NCBI GenBank assembly: GCA_016906335.1
Contig: JADEYG010000001.1
Span: 1,302,001 to 1,366,000 of the forward strand
From: Novakomyces olei
Taxonomy: Eukaryota
DNA length: 64,000 nucleotides
Reading direction: 5' to 3'
Below are positions 49,601 to 63,451 of this stretch, piece by piece. The notes beneath the pieces are model-generated. The model was not told the origin of the DNA. It searched no databases and was given only the letters and a program-made list of their open reading frames with translations. Positions within the stretch are counted from its first letter, which is position 1; each line of letters begins with the position of its first letter. The translations under genes were made by a program, and so were the position numbers.

Positions 49601-52274
49601 TTAGCAATGATTACCATAAACAATTAAAACAATTAGTGGAAGCTCGCAAGCTTAGTGCTTTTTTACCAGGCGCTGATTTGGAGAATAATCGGCTTTACCT
49701 CCCACACGAAATATTCACGAATGAAGCCGTTCGTTTGTTTGGATTCCCTGTTCTGGAGAAACGCTTTTTAGTACTGGCGGACGCTATGAGCGTAAGATCG
49801 GACCCGCCCCTTTCAGCTCTTATCAGCTGTATAGTTAAATGCCCACCGGAAAGTGTGGAAGATGCTCGCTCAAAGTTTTGTTATTTCGGAGGGCTCTTGA
49901 ATGCGTTTACAAGGCAGGATAGAATTGCCCTGGGGACTGCTGATATTGTCCCAACACTCAAGTCCACAGCCCAGGTTGGCGAGAAGTTTACGTATGAAAA
50001 GCCGGTAAATTGCTTCTTTGACAAGTCGGATAAACTGCTTTTTGGATCAGTGTTTCCTTGCGTCGATTTCGGTGATGTTGCGAACCAGTTTTTGATTTTT
50101 GTTGGAGCACAAAAGAAACTTTCGCCTTTGAATATTGCAAAAGTGCTTTCAACGCGGCCACGACAAGTCTACGATCTTTGCCCCTCGCCGTTACGGTACC
50201 AGGAACTGCTTATTAATCTGTCTATGAACTATGACGAGATTTCCAAAGACTCTGTTATATTAAATGCTTTAAAGACCTCTCCGTTCGCGCTGGGAACTCT
50301 AGTTGAATCGCAAACGGGTCAGCATGCAGATGCTTTCGACAGTGAATCAGTTTTTTATGTACTACGTCCGCCTAAAAGTATCCTCATTGTTGACGATGTG
50401 AGTTATGATCGGTTGCATTATTTAGATTAATTGATTAATTAAGTGATTAATCAGTTTATTTTGTTTTATTTTATTTTATTTATTCATTGATGTCGAGCTA
50501 ACAAAATGAATGAAGGAAATCACTTATCAAATGTTTAAATCGAGTATTGCGCGAGCGCCTGACGATACGTATATCGAGCGGTTTTATCATGTATTTATCC
50601 AATAAAAAAAAGAGAAAATAAACGAAATCCATTCAAAAAAAAAAAATGAATAATAAATAAATACACTGCATATACTAATAATGTCAGCAACTTGGCTCAC
50701 CGCGCCTCTCTGCAATAACCGATATTCGGTACGATGTAAATGGAAAAGACACTGCTTTACCAGATCACCAATTGGCCATGTTCGTCTCTGAGAGATTCCA
50801 GTTATTTGCCGTTGAAGGCCTCGGGCTTCCCTTTCGCAAGGCCCGGGCTTTACTCGAAAACCTTCTGGTTTTTTTCGTTCCCGAGATACGCGAGCACCGG
50901 CAGCTTAATCTTACGGATGGAAGCGTTGTTAGAGCTTCGCGAGAAGCTTCAGCTGTTGCTTCGTTTACTCGTTCTGCGCAGAGTCTGTACGTTGTCAGAA
51001 ACTTTGACTTTTACGATATTGCAGAGCAATTGTGTAACAGTCTGAAGATTCATACAAAACCAGCGGATATTTTGTTGCTGGATTCCTTTTTGCGACTGGA
51101 CTTGACGACATTGAATCGTCGTGGGTACAATGTGAACAAACTGCTGAAAAAGTATCAAAGTATACAGGAAAATTGTGCGGTTAAGCCGTTAAAAGAAGAA
51201 CCTCCGCCTTTAGAGCAGACAAGCAGCAACGGAAAGCAGCACCAAAAGTCTGGAAGTAGGGACAAGCAAGTCAGCAACGGCTTTCGTCCAGATGGTAAAG
51301 GCGACAAGGCGGAGCCTGGCCCAGTTTCCCAGGCTCTGACTCTGAAGCAGGCAGGAAATAAATTAATCAATTCCGAGGCGGAGAATAATTCAAACAGGGA
51401 CCAAGTGAAGCCCGATCAGCATATTAATATGCCACCGGGAAGGGGCCAGTCATTGTTTAAACGGTTCTTCCAGCGCGGCCCAAATCCGAATGGTACAGGG
51501 CAGGATCGAGAGCAGAGAAAACAAGTATCCAATGACAGAACCAAGACGCAAAATGCTTTTGATTCCACGCCGAACGAGCTCTTGCAGGCTGCCGTGAAGA
51601 TGGTAAAGGCCTCTAGCGCCAATGAATTTGAGGCCGATGGGAATCCTCCACCAGAAGTGGAAGATCGCGCTTTAGCGAACGGAGAACAGTGCGATCCCGG
51701 CGAGCGAAAAAACCTTGCATTTATTGGCAAAACCTCGACCGGCGTTTCGTTGTTTGCTTCTGGTCAGAATAAGGCTGAATCGCAAAAGTTTTTTGAGGTC
51801 CAACAGAGCAACGTTCGAGATTTTTGTCATTTATTGACTGAAATTGCCTCAACGTACAGCTTTAGCGTTCAGGGAATCAACGTTTTTTACGATGATGCAA
51901 CGCGTACTATCGCATTTAATTTGGGAGCATCTATTTTCTGCAATTTAGCGTACGTGTGATATGGCAAAATAACGAATACTAACAAATCAGGGTTTTTGTT
52001 CGGCAGCAGGGAAAAGTATCCTCAAACGAAGTGAAGGTAAGACCGGTGCGGAGCGTTGAATTAAGTCGCTAACAGTTTGCGCTATAGGTGTTTTGGTTTG
52101 CTAAAGTAGCTCACGAATTGGCACATAATTTGCAGCAAAATCATGGCTCTGCCCATTCATTTTACACGTAATTCTCTTACTGTACTAATTTACTAACAGT
52201 AAAGTGAATCTTTTATTTCGCACTACTTTGACCGGTTTTATCATACAATACAAGGCAGCAATGGCAGTTCATAG
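46617..52274 (+). CDS. Large sacsin/Nov-type GHKL ATPase + DUF3684-like protein with C-terminal HELAH zinc-protease-like motif, more than 10 exons
   Basis: VTVNQ|RALI|DKVLARYS; LRELLQNADDA; NDG; IAEGNPDESKIGAFGVGFYSVF; YIGFPTQQTTG; IPTVERE; near the C-terminus TIAFN...VAHELAHNL..H...HSFY; stop TAG at 52272-52274. Confidence 0.85.
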
Positions 52275-52545
52275 CGAGGAATGATCAAATATCGACAATC
52301 CTGAATGGGAAAGGAATAATATGCAGCGACGTGTAGAATTTAAAGGCGAAGGCGAATCAGATGGTGTTTGGCTATATAGAAACAATAAGGATCCATGTGC
52401 TTGTGTGCTATAGAAAACTATTTTAAAGCAAGTGTTGGAAGGTAATATTTGTGAAATTTTAGTGTTTGCAAAAATTTTCGCAAGTAGCGTTCGCTGATTA
52501 AAGAGCTCGCTAAGGTAAACAGATCATGTACGACAGTCAAAAAAA

Positions 52546-52578
<33 letters not shown>

Positions 52579-52617
52579 CCGTAAAAACCCCAATGAATTC
52601 AAATAAAATCATACACA

Positions 52618-55600
52618 TCAACCGCGAGAGCTGACATGCTCTACGCATCGACACCGGCAACCGCTAAAAGGGCATGTATCATTGCCCTGCCGGCACCATT
52701 CATTTATACATACAGTATGGCAGCCATGTAGACATTTCGGGCAAGCCGAGCATGAGCCCTTGATAGACAGTTCACAAATAGCGCATGCCAGATTGGTCAA
52801 AGTCCGTTCGCAATATTCGCAGTACAAGCCATTGCACTTTCGTTGGCAAACAGCACAGCCAATGTACACAACGGGGCCATCGTGTTCATTTATAGAATCT
52901 CGACGGCCAGCCATTATACCCGCATTGAATTTCAGCAGTTCCAATCGCTGTCTCGTTAAGCCGTAGCGAAACAGTATCTCTGCATAAGCTTCACGGTACT
53001 TGAAACTGCGCTGGACAGTTCCAGGGCTCATCATTGGTGCCATAATAGGGAGAGACTCGTCATCGTCGAATTGCGAACGGTTTACGTTTCGTACAGCGAA
53101 CGCGTGCCTTTTGCTGTTAATCTGCTTGTTCACCGAACCCGGCCCTTTACGAACGGAAGCAGATGATCTCAATAGGGATCCAGTTTCACCCGGACTTCGA
53201 AGCGAAAAGCTTCCTCCGTTCGCAAACCGCTGATCCAAATCAAATTGTGACGCCTGACGAGAAGTGCTGCTAAAGCCCAAACCAAACTCAGAATTTGGTC
53301 GAGACAATAGGCCGGGGGAAGGTGTTGGAGATATAGAAGAAACCGTTATTGTATCATCAGCGTCAGTACCGTCTAGTGCAAAAGTTGCTTCTGAATTGCG
53401 AACAGAGTCTTCTTCCATCGGGAGTACGACAATATCATCCAGTAAATCTGTCAGCGATGGGCCATCATCGGGTATTAGATAATCGAATTCTTGTGACTGT
53501 GGTTGGATTAGCATGGAAGGAAATAAAGAAAGAGGTAAATAATCCTATAATGACTTAAAAAAGTTAAAATACAACAACCAGACTTTGAAACTGGGCTCAT
53601 TCAAAACAATCCGTTTTAAACAATAAAATGAAATAGATAAAAACGACACAAACAATTAGATAACGAATCTTCATACTTTCCCGCTCTGCAAAAGTCGCTG
53701 GAACTTTTTCAGGGAATCAGTTTCCTCAAACAGCACACATGAAAGCATGGCCAGCATTTGTGCATCCCGTTCCGACTCGTAGTACTCAAAGATCGATTCG
53801 ACGAGCCAATGTGCGATGGGACTAAACCCCCAAGTCGACTTTGCAAGCATAGACAGTGTGAAATTACGGGAAGAAACAGCCTTTAGCACAGAATGCCTCA
53901 TACTTGAAAGCAGAAAAGTCCAATGAGCCGATCTGTTTCGCAGTTCAGACAAGGATCGAGGCATTCTCTGGCTCAGTATGAGCCCAACGAGTTCCCATGT
54001 ATCAGCACGATCATCGGCGCTGCAAGATCTTGCCACTTTAGCATTGTACGCACACGTCTCTGTGCTCGGCCCAGTAATACGGTACCGTTCAGCTAACCGG
54101 CGATAGCAATGGTCCAGTCCTTCCATTCGGTACAGTACAAGAGTCATCCGCTGATTCGAGCTCTTTGACGCGTTCGATCTACGAAAGGAATTGTAATCCG
54201 ACAAGTCATTAGAGAATCGGGTCTTTGTCGACAGTGAAGCGTTTCTATTCTTTCTCAATTGAGCAGAACCGTTGAGCGAAAGAGCGGTACTGTCTTCCGT
54301 TGACGACTCTTCTGCCACACTCGAATCACTGGCGCTGGAAGAGCTGTTGCCGCTGTCCAAATCGTCCATTTCCTCCAAAAATCCAAATGAAGGGAAAGCC
54401 GTCTTTGTCCGCAGCTTGCCAGCGTAAAAGGAGAGCATGTTCTTCGCTGGCGGCTCGTCCCTCGCTGGGAAAAAGCACAGAAGAGTATTCATACCGCAAA
54501 AGAGCGCTGCGCATCTCTTTGGCAGCGGAACATTTTGGTTCACTATGCCCTCATCGCCCTGACGAACGCCGTCGCCTCCACGACCAGTCTCTGCCGCATT
54601 AAACTCGTTCGCATCTGAGGACTCTGATGAGGAAGCATCAGACTCGCTTGATGAAGCATCGAACCCAGGCTCATCGTCGTCAATGACCCATTCGCCAAGA
54701 GTATTGAAGTTGGCTTCGCCTAAAAGGTATAATAGACACGCCTCCAGACAAGGTCGGCGCTTTTTCAGATAAGCCTCAGCGATCTTGTTGAGGCCTGCGG
54801 CAAGCTTACGGTTCCGCTCCTGCTCATCCGCTATATCAGAATTCTCCAGGTAAAATTTAGGTGTCTTGTAGAGAGGGTACTTGGGACTGAAGCTGATCCG
54901 CAGCCTCAGAAACACTAAATCGCCGTTTGGTCCCCACGGACCGTTGAGGGAAATAGAGCACGTTCTTTGCGCAACATTTATAAGCTCAAAATTGACTTTT
55001 GGAAACTTTTGGCCGACCCATGAAAGCTCCTCGCCCAGACTCTCCGGAATCTCCCACGAATTTGCCGTTTTCGAGGACCTTGTCATACGGATTCCTTTCA
55101 TCCAGCGAATTGCCGACATCTCCCTTGCCGGGATCTTGCCTTTTGTCATAAAGCCGACGTTTGCCTGCCTCTTACTCGCCTGCGCGCTAAGCAATCCTCT
55201 GTTGCTGCTCACTAGATTTTGACCCAAATGTGTGGGCGCAAACAACGCTGGGCTTTCGGCAAGCTCAGGCTCATGGTGAAACGTTCTGGCGGCTGCTCCT
55301 TTACGCGTAAGACGCATACTCGGCTTTCTATCAGGATCATGGCCCACCGCTTTGAGTGCACTTTGATCCAATGGCCAGAGCCGCACATGCTGGTCCTTTG
55401 ACCAAGTAACGAGCTGGAAGCTCCTATGATCAAAACTTTCGCCAGTATCACCTTTGACCCGCCAAAGAAACTCTTTCACTTGATCCGTATGGCCACGAAA
55501 TTTCACAACAGGCTCTGGCTTTGTAGTCTCATGGCCCAGGTTTCTCGTATCGTATAGGTAAACAGAATTATCACCACGCTGAGGCATTACTATTACGCCA

Positions 55601-56624
55601 GATCCAAAGGGAGTATGCCTTGCTCGCCAGACAGGATAGTCTGTTTCAATAATGGCTTCAGCGTTTACAAGATCCCGATCATAGTCCCAGAATTTTACAC
55701 TGCTATCCAGACCACAGGAAAGGAGACATGACTCCTTCGCCCTGTTAAAATCGATCCCATATATTTTAGAAAGCTTTTCGCTCGTGCAAACTGACTTTAC
55801 TGGCTCCGCACCAAACCTATCGTCCCAAATATGTATATACTTTCCGTGTGACGAAGCAATAATATGCTCATTTTGCCTATTCCACTTGACCTGAGTGGCA
55901 CCAGAAAACCAGTCAGCAAAGCAGTTTACTGGCCGCCTCGGTTCACGTAGATCCCATGCATACACAAAGGAGTCGATGCTGCACGTCGCCAAAATATCCG
56001 GGCTGAAAGCTGACCAGTTCATATCTGTGATTGCTCGAGAATGGCCGTGCAATACAAATTCGACTGCCCGTGAAGATGGCAGAGCCAAGTTCCAGACCAT
56101 TGCTTTTTGGTTGCTCTACAGATTAGAAAGAGTAAACAAAAAGAAAATCCGCCACCGTCACTTGATATGTATTTTAAATAAATCAAGCGAAAGCCCGAAA
56201 AAAATGAATAAAACGACAGAAAACCTAAAGAGTAATTGTATAAACCATACCGTTGAGACGACCCAATAATCTTTGAATTTGTGCACGTTCCATTGTACAT
56301 CAGCCTGTTATTGTCAGTACTATTATGCGTATAGACGCGTACCACTTCCCACGGCGAATGATGATGCAGAAACCGTGGTGGGTCGTATGGATTCTCTAAA
56401 TCAATAACGAGCAGACCACGCCGGCTTTATATTAGCGTTAAATCCATTAAATCGAGGTATAGTGCATACGACGCTAGTACAATGTCTCGGCTACATGGAG
56501 AAATAGACCTTGGATTAGCATTTAGCAATTGTCTCCACAAACGATGTATTTCTTACATTGCGCCCACCGGTTCTTTGACCTCGATCGACATGTGTCGATC
56601 GAAGGTAGGTGAGTCGCCCGCCAT
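52618..56624 (-). CDS. MTC5: GATOR2/SEA complex subunit Mtc5/Sea3 (WDR59): WD40 + RWD + C-terminal RING, about 6 exons
   Basis: Start MAGDSPTFDRHMSI; LHGHSRAITDMNW; WRARHTPFG; RWD domain; DAQMLAMLSCV; C-terminal CAIC..CLHGCH..C..W. Confidence 0.93.
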
Positions 56625-56923
56625 TGTGCTTAGGGACACGCCTGCTTTCTTGCTCGACTATCCGGTCTCCATAAGGCTGCGCATGTCGCTTGAATGACGA
56701 ACCTCGACAGGTTTACAGCTGTTTTTAGAGTACCCGTGGATGTATTGGTTATTATTATTATTTTTTACATATACAGAGTGTATTGTTATTAATAATTAAA
56801 AGTATACTCAAATAATCTACCGTCCGGGGACGGCATTGGTGACGGGTCCAAGAGAACAGTCTCAAGCTGCTCTAGAAAAAGAAATAAATATTTTCTGTGG
56901 GCCAATTTACGCCACAGCTCACA

Positions 56924-58037
<1,114 letters not shown>

Positions 58038-58182
58038 GTGTTGGCAAGCACTTTATGTACATCTCGCCGTTGTGTAGGTCGGAATAAGCAACATATAGCA
58101 ATTTCATGGTTAATATACTGTCGAATTAACACGAGCTTATTTAATAGAAAAATTATAGAGAAGTATAATAAATATAGTAGTA

Positions 58183-58427
58183 ATGGAGCCGGTGAGGATT
58201 CGAGGAATCCTGGCGGTAACTGGGACTATAGTCGGGGGTCTTTTTGGTTTTTATCTTTATGATATTGCCACTAAAGTATGACTGATCAATCTTTGTGTTT
58301 TTGACTGCTAAATATTGTATAGAGAGTTATTGAGCGGCGGAAACAAGCTATCGCAGCTTACGGCCTTGATAGTGCCTCTGCAGAAAAAGAAAACGAAACG
58401 GCTCCTCAATTAACTCGAAAGTCTTGA
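58183..58427 (+). CDS. 65-aa single-TM microprotein, 2 exons (58183-58275 and 58323-58427)
   Basis: MEPVRIRGILAVTGTIVGGLFGFYLYDIATK|RVIERRKQAIAAYGLDSASAEKENETAPQLTRKS*; intron GTATGA...GCTAAA...TAG. Confidence 0.65.
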
Positions 58428-58770
58428 CTTTTATTTTATATCCCCCATTTCATATAGCTGCCAAAGTGCCAGTGCACGGTCGGATTTGCTATAGAATTTC
58501 GATGAATCTAGCATTTGTAATGCCGGAATATTCGTGAATTACAGCTGTTTCATACAACCATGGAGGTTTGCTGGGAAGTTGATCTCTGTACCAAAGAAGC
58601 TCGCTTTATCTCTTCTAAGGAACCATTGTTTGGCTTTTCACTTATTACGACGATATTACAACAGCTCAAAAGAAATTGGGCCCAATAACTTGCAAAGTAT
58701 TGAGGTATTCGAGAACACATTAGAGCCTAAACTCGAGGATTTAATTCTTACGACATTGGATGGTATAGCA

Positions 58771-58818
58771 TTGGGTCATATAGTATTGGGTCATATATAT
58801 TGGGTCATATAGTATTGG
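58771..58818. repeat. TTGGGTCATATAGTA x3 imperfect tandem repeat
   Basis: Directly visible. Confidence 0.85.
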
Positions 58819-58961
58819 ATAGCATAGCGTCCTTCATAACTGCGTAAAGATCAATCAGATACCAAATGCTAAAACTACATTAATCAAGGACGACTACAAG
58901 ATCTTGTGCAACTGGACCGGAGACATAGTTCAACATATGATCAGATTACTGAAAAATGCAA

Positions 58962-59538
58962 TTAGCGGCCACCCTTAGCACCTTTAGCTTGTTGGGGAGC
59001 CTTCTTGGACGGAATCTGGCCGCGTGCTGTGTTGGCGGCAGATTTAGCCTTCAATGCCTTCTTTTCGCTCTCGCTTTGCTGCTTCTTCTCCTTATTCGCC
59101 TTGAGGGCCTGAGCACGAGCAGCAGCACGGGCTTCGGGTCGCTGGTTCCGGCGCTCTTTAATCACGTCCAGGGAGGCACCCACGATACCGCGCTGGTGTT
59201 TGATAGTGCGGCGCGTACGCTTCTTAGCTTGCTCTTCGTTAAGGCCTTTCTTGTGCATTTTGCGGTAAAGCTGGGTCCATGCCAAACGGCGAGGGTTCTT
59301 CCGCTGCAAAAACAAAGACTCTGCTTTGCCCGACGCGAAACGGAATGCCTTTATATTGATTAGATCATAACGGCAACATAGACAGACACATTGACAGACA
59401 CATAGCACATACCCTGTTATCGGAACGGACAAAGATCTTGCCCTGGCCGGGATAGATTTTGACGCCGGAAAAGGCGCACGTCTCGACCCTAAAGTAAAGT
59501 TAGACATAATCGTCCCGCCCTCTGGAGACTTACTTCAT
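58962..59538 (-). CDS. RPL24: 60S ribosomal protein L24 (eL24), 3 exons
   Basis: MK|VETCAFSGVKIYPGQGKIFVRSDNR|AFRF...RKNPRRLAWT.LYRK.HKKG...RGIVGASL...KGGR. Confidence 0.97.
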
Positions 59539-59615
59539 TGTTGCAGACGTCGGTGTATGTCGCCTCGTTTACGGTGCTCCGCTTACAATATCGCCGTGTC
59601 CTCTTTGTTGATATC

Positions 59616-59638
59616 CGTGACTGCTAGGGTTAAGCCCT
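59616..59638 (-). promoter_or_regulatory. RP promoter module: AGGGCTTAACCCTA plus Homol-D-like CAGTCACG
   Basis: About 80 bp upstream of the RPL24 ATG; matches the RPL3 module. Confidence 0.75.
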
Positions 59639-59892
59639 TTTGGCTACAGATTATAGTTGATACATATAATGGTTGAGTGTTTATTATAGCGTACATTATT
59701 AGGTGTCATATAGGATATACGATAAGAGCGCAACGGTATCACTACTTGCAAAAATATATGTGTCAGTATTTAACGTAGCTGATCCTCTCCATACAATAAT
59801 CATTGTAAATCCAGCCATTGTAAATCCAGCTTAATAATGTACAAGTAAAAGCTGCCGGAACAAATGACGTTTGCCATAGACAAGCGCGGGTA

Positions 59893-61692
59893 ATGAGCAG
59901 TGTTGGCAATCACAGTGAAGATGAAAGACCGGCAAACGGCACAGAGGATGTGAGCAATGGCTCCAGCGACGAAAGTACAGATGATGAAAATGACCTTTCC
60001 ACGGAACTAGACGCTGATAGCGATGGCGAATACTCTAAAGAGCACGGGGAGCGAATCACAAAGTATAGCATTTGGAGCAAAGCGTTGGATGAGCTTCGTT
60101 TAGATCCAAGTGCACTCGGCAGCAAAAAGCCAGACTACCGGTTTCAAGAGCTCTGTGAAGGCTGTCGTCGAGGCGATTTGGAGTCTGTTAGCAAGTAAGT
60201 TGGTTTAATTTCCCGGCTTTAAAGACTAACATTGTTGCACACTAGTTTGGTGGAGAATTATTCGGTTGACGTTAATCGGGTAGATAATTTCGATTATTCT
60301 CCCTTGATTCTCTCTTCGTTATGCGGGCATTTTGAAGTAGTAGAGTACTTGTTACAACATGGGGCACGTTGCGATCGCGATACATTTACAGGCGAACGTT
60401 GCCTTTATGGTGCTCTTAATGACCGTATTCGCAATTTGCTACTAAGCTATGACGTGCGTAAAGCATATGACGAAAGTCAGCCTTTTGCTGCTCATTTGAG
60501 TGCCCTTTTTTCCTCCAATCAGGGCCGGTTTTCCGATTTTCAGTTTGTTTGTATGGACGGATCTACTTTTGCAGTTCACAGGTTCTTTTTGGCGTCGCAA
60601 AGCGAATACTTCAAGGACTCGTTACTCTCTCGATGGCGTGGGAAAAAGTCTACTCGGCTTTCGCCTGTTGTGTTGCCTCAGGTGTTTCGTTTGGCCATGC
60701 GCTGGCTTTACCTTGAGAGTGCTAACGCTCTTGTTGCTCCGCCAGAATATGCCTCAAATATCTCTCTTGTGGCAAAAAAACTTGGACTCGCCGGGTTTGA
60801 GACGCTGTGCTGTGAACAGGATGCTCGTTCCCGCAACGATTTGCGTAAATTGCAGATGGATGAAGCCAAATCTCGACTAGAAGTCTTTGTACGTTCAATG
60901 ATTGTAGATAGAGCAATCACGGGTAATAATTTAGAAGGAGGCCAGCCGCCTTTTAGCCGTGACGATGCTGCCTTCCCTGACGCAGTGCTTCGAGTAGAAG
61001 CCACGGACGAGTTTCTGTATTTTCCTGTACACAAGGCAATGCTGTGCAGGTCGGAATATTGGTTTACTATGTTTACAGGAGGCTTTGCGGAGGCCCAAGA
61101 CGAAGCGGAAAATAATGATGATAAAGGCAACTTACCAGAAATTGGACTGGACTGTTCAGAGGTGGTGGCGGCTATTGTTATTTCGTATCTGTACACAGAC
61201 AAGGCAGATATTCCTCTCGAATATGCTCTGGAAACATTATACGTGGCGGACATGCTGTTGCTGGACAAGGAACGCAATTTGAAGTCGCTGGCTACTATTG
61301 TACTAACAGCACCAGATCTGTTGCAGCAGTCTGCTATTCTGGGCGACGGCCTGGATTATGCTCTAACAGTGTTGCGAGCAGGATGGGAAACTTCTTCCCA
61401 TCGATTGGAGCAATGGGCAGCAGAATGGATCTCTGTGCATTTGGACAAGGTATTACAGGATTCGAGGCTACAGGTGGCAATTTGTGAGTCTTCTGCACGT
61501 ATCAAAGCACGACAGGAGACGGATACGATTGAATTGATAGATGATATCAGGTTTTACCTGGCCAAGCACTATGGCATTGCTGAAACTGAAGCAGCTCAAG
61601 GTGTTGTGGCGGAAACAGTGTATGAGGATGAGTACAATGCAAAAGTGGCTAGTATAGACGCGCTGCTCGAATCTCTGGGGTTGGAAGCGTGA
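59893..61692 (+). CDS. Ankyrin + two BTB domain cullin-3 adaptor (Btb3/ABTB1-like), 2 exons (intron about 60195-60246)
   Basis: LCEGCRRGDL; DYSPLILSSLCGH; GERCLYGAL; VHRFFL; VHKAMLCRSEY; RQETDTIELIDDIRFYL. Confidence 0.92.
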
Positions 61693-61787
61693 AAAGTGTA
61701 ATTTATTTATGTCGTAATACTATGACGTTTGTATTTTTCATGTTTTGTTTAGTACATGGCGCCGGTAAATGTCAGCTAATCATCAAA

Positions 61788-61827
61788 GGGTTAGGGTTAG
61801 TTAGGGTTTGATTGTATTTTAGGGTTA
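61788..61827. promoter_or_regulatory. Cluster of TTAGGG/AGGGTT telobox motifs
   Basis: GGGTTAGGGTTAGTTAGGGTTT...TTAGGGTTA. Confidence 0.7.
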
Positions 61828-62261
61828 AAGTTGGCAATTACAAAGTAGCGAACCAAGAAGATTTAAACCTTTGATAGGTTGGCGTCAAACAGACAACACG
61901 CGGACATGGATCGTGGGCGTGATGCTCTGTAGAAATGTCTCAAGGGTGCTTCACTAATTTGGCCAAGTGTTCAATTAGAGAATATATTATTAGTCTGGCC
62001 AAGGATTTAAACCCTATTGTATCACAGTTATCTGTGAATGCCGCTAGCATTACTGGCAATCACCACTTGACAACAATCACGTCGCATTTATTATCACAGC
62101 ACAATGGTGGTGGATACGCGTTCGCGTGTGCCATTAATTGCGTAGAATAAAGAACTTTTAAGCAGCAAAGTGCGCCGCGGAGTATTCTTGAGCTAAACCA
62201 AAATGGGTGTATAACGACTATCACAAGTAAATTAATCAATTTAGCTTGACAGTACGAGCGA

Positions 62262-62311
62262 AATTCGCGTTTAATTCGCGTCAATTCGCGTCAATTCGCG
62301 TCAATTCGCGT
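62262..62311. repeat. AATTCGCGT(C) x5 tandem array (MCB/SCB-like ACGCGAA on the minus strand)
   Basis: Units start at 62262, 62273, 62283, 62293 and 62303. Confidence 0.92.
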
Positions 62312-62894
62312 TCAACTGCCAGGTTTTGCAACAACTTGGCTCACCATTATAGTCTTTCCCAAAAACTCTAAACTTGTTTCTTGTTGTCACATGACCAATC
62401 AAACTGCTTGGTGGGCGGCACTTACTCCGAATATTTTCCGCGTTATATAATGCTGCAAAGCAGTTCGGCTGCTATACTACTTGCAAGCTGCCTGTCACGC
62501 AGTACACTAGCACGCGTTTACAATAAAATAATAAAGCAATACAAATGTCACTGATAAGTCAGTCTCCCACTCTATTCATAATTGACGATTCACGCTTTAC
62601 TCCATTCGTCCACTGTGCCCGCACTCTACGAATTAGTAAACGCAGATACAGCAGCTGCAAGGTAGCGAGTGGCGCCACTTGCCGGGGTGGACTAGGCGAA
62701 AAATTTCAATACGCCGATACACTAACGCTATAATTATAATAATTCCTACACACGCCAAGCCAATAGTAGTGTGTTCGGCACTGTAATTGTGGCAAATGCA
62801 ATTATGGTGTTATCGATTAAATGTTCCCTATTCCTTCGGGCACCTGCAATCTGGCATTTGCAACCCGACAGGATATACTGTATATACAGGCAGA

Positions 62895-63023
62895 CTGTTA
62901 AATAGCCTACTATTATATAGCCTACTGTTATATAGCATACTGTTATATAGCCTATTGTAGCCTATTATTATAGCCGACTATTATAGCCTACTATATAGCC
63001 TACTATATAGCAAACTATTATAT
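62895..63023. repeat. Degenerate TATAGCCTAC repeat array
   Basis: Directly visible. Confidence 0.85.
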
Positions 63024-63451
63024 ACCAGGTATGTGAGACATTGTCATCGCCATATACCCGAAACCAGTGCCGGTGCAAATCATTCGCTCGCAGATTAGAC
63101 ATTTTAAATGAACTCGACGTGTTACTATTATCCGTCCGGCGCGGACGGTTGCCTCAACTTGGCTATGATGTGCACGTATTACATATATACTGTGTACGTA
63201 CATTATACATAAAGACGAAAATACATACATAAAACATGAAACCCGCGCTTAACCGCTATCAGATATATTCGCTTTCGTTAATAGACCCTTCTAGCTCAGG
63301 GTCCTCCAAATCTGGAAGGTAGAGCAACGATCAGGGGGCGACGAGAACAATGAGGATTTTGGATAGAAGCGCAGTTGCGCGCGACTCGGAATCGCGTCGT
63401 ATACCTTTGCCGACTGCTTGAAACAGCCGCTGACTACTTTTTGCTGCCCTG

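Noticed and set aside
59633..59655. GCCCTTTTGGCTACAGAT resembles the U2 snRNA 5' stem
   Set aside because: No GTGTAGTA branch-pairing sequence or Sm site follows, and it overlaps the RPL24 promoter motif.
61788..61827. Telomere or interstitial telomere fusion remnant
   Set aside because: Only 2-4 interrupted units in a gene-dense region; better explained as factor-binding teloboxes.
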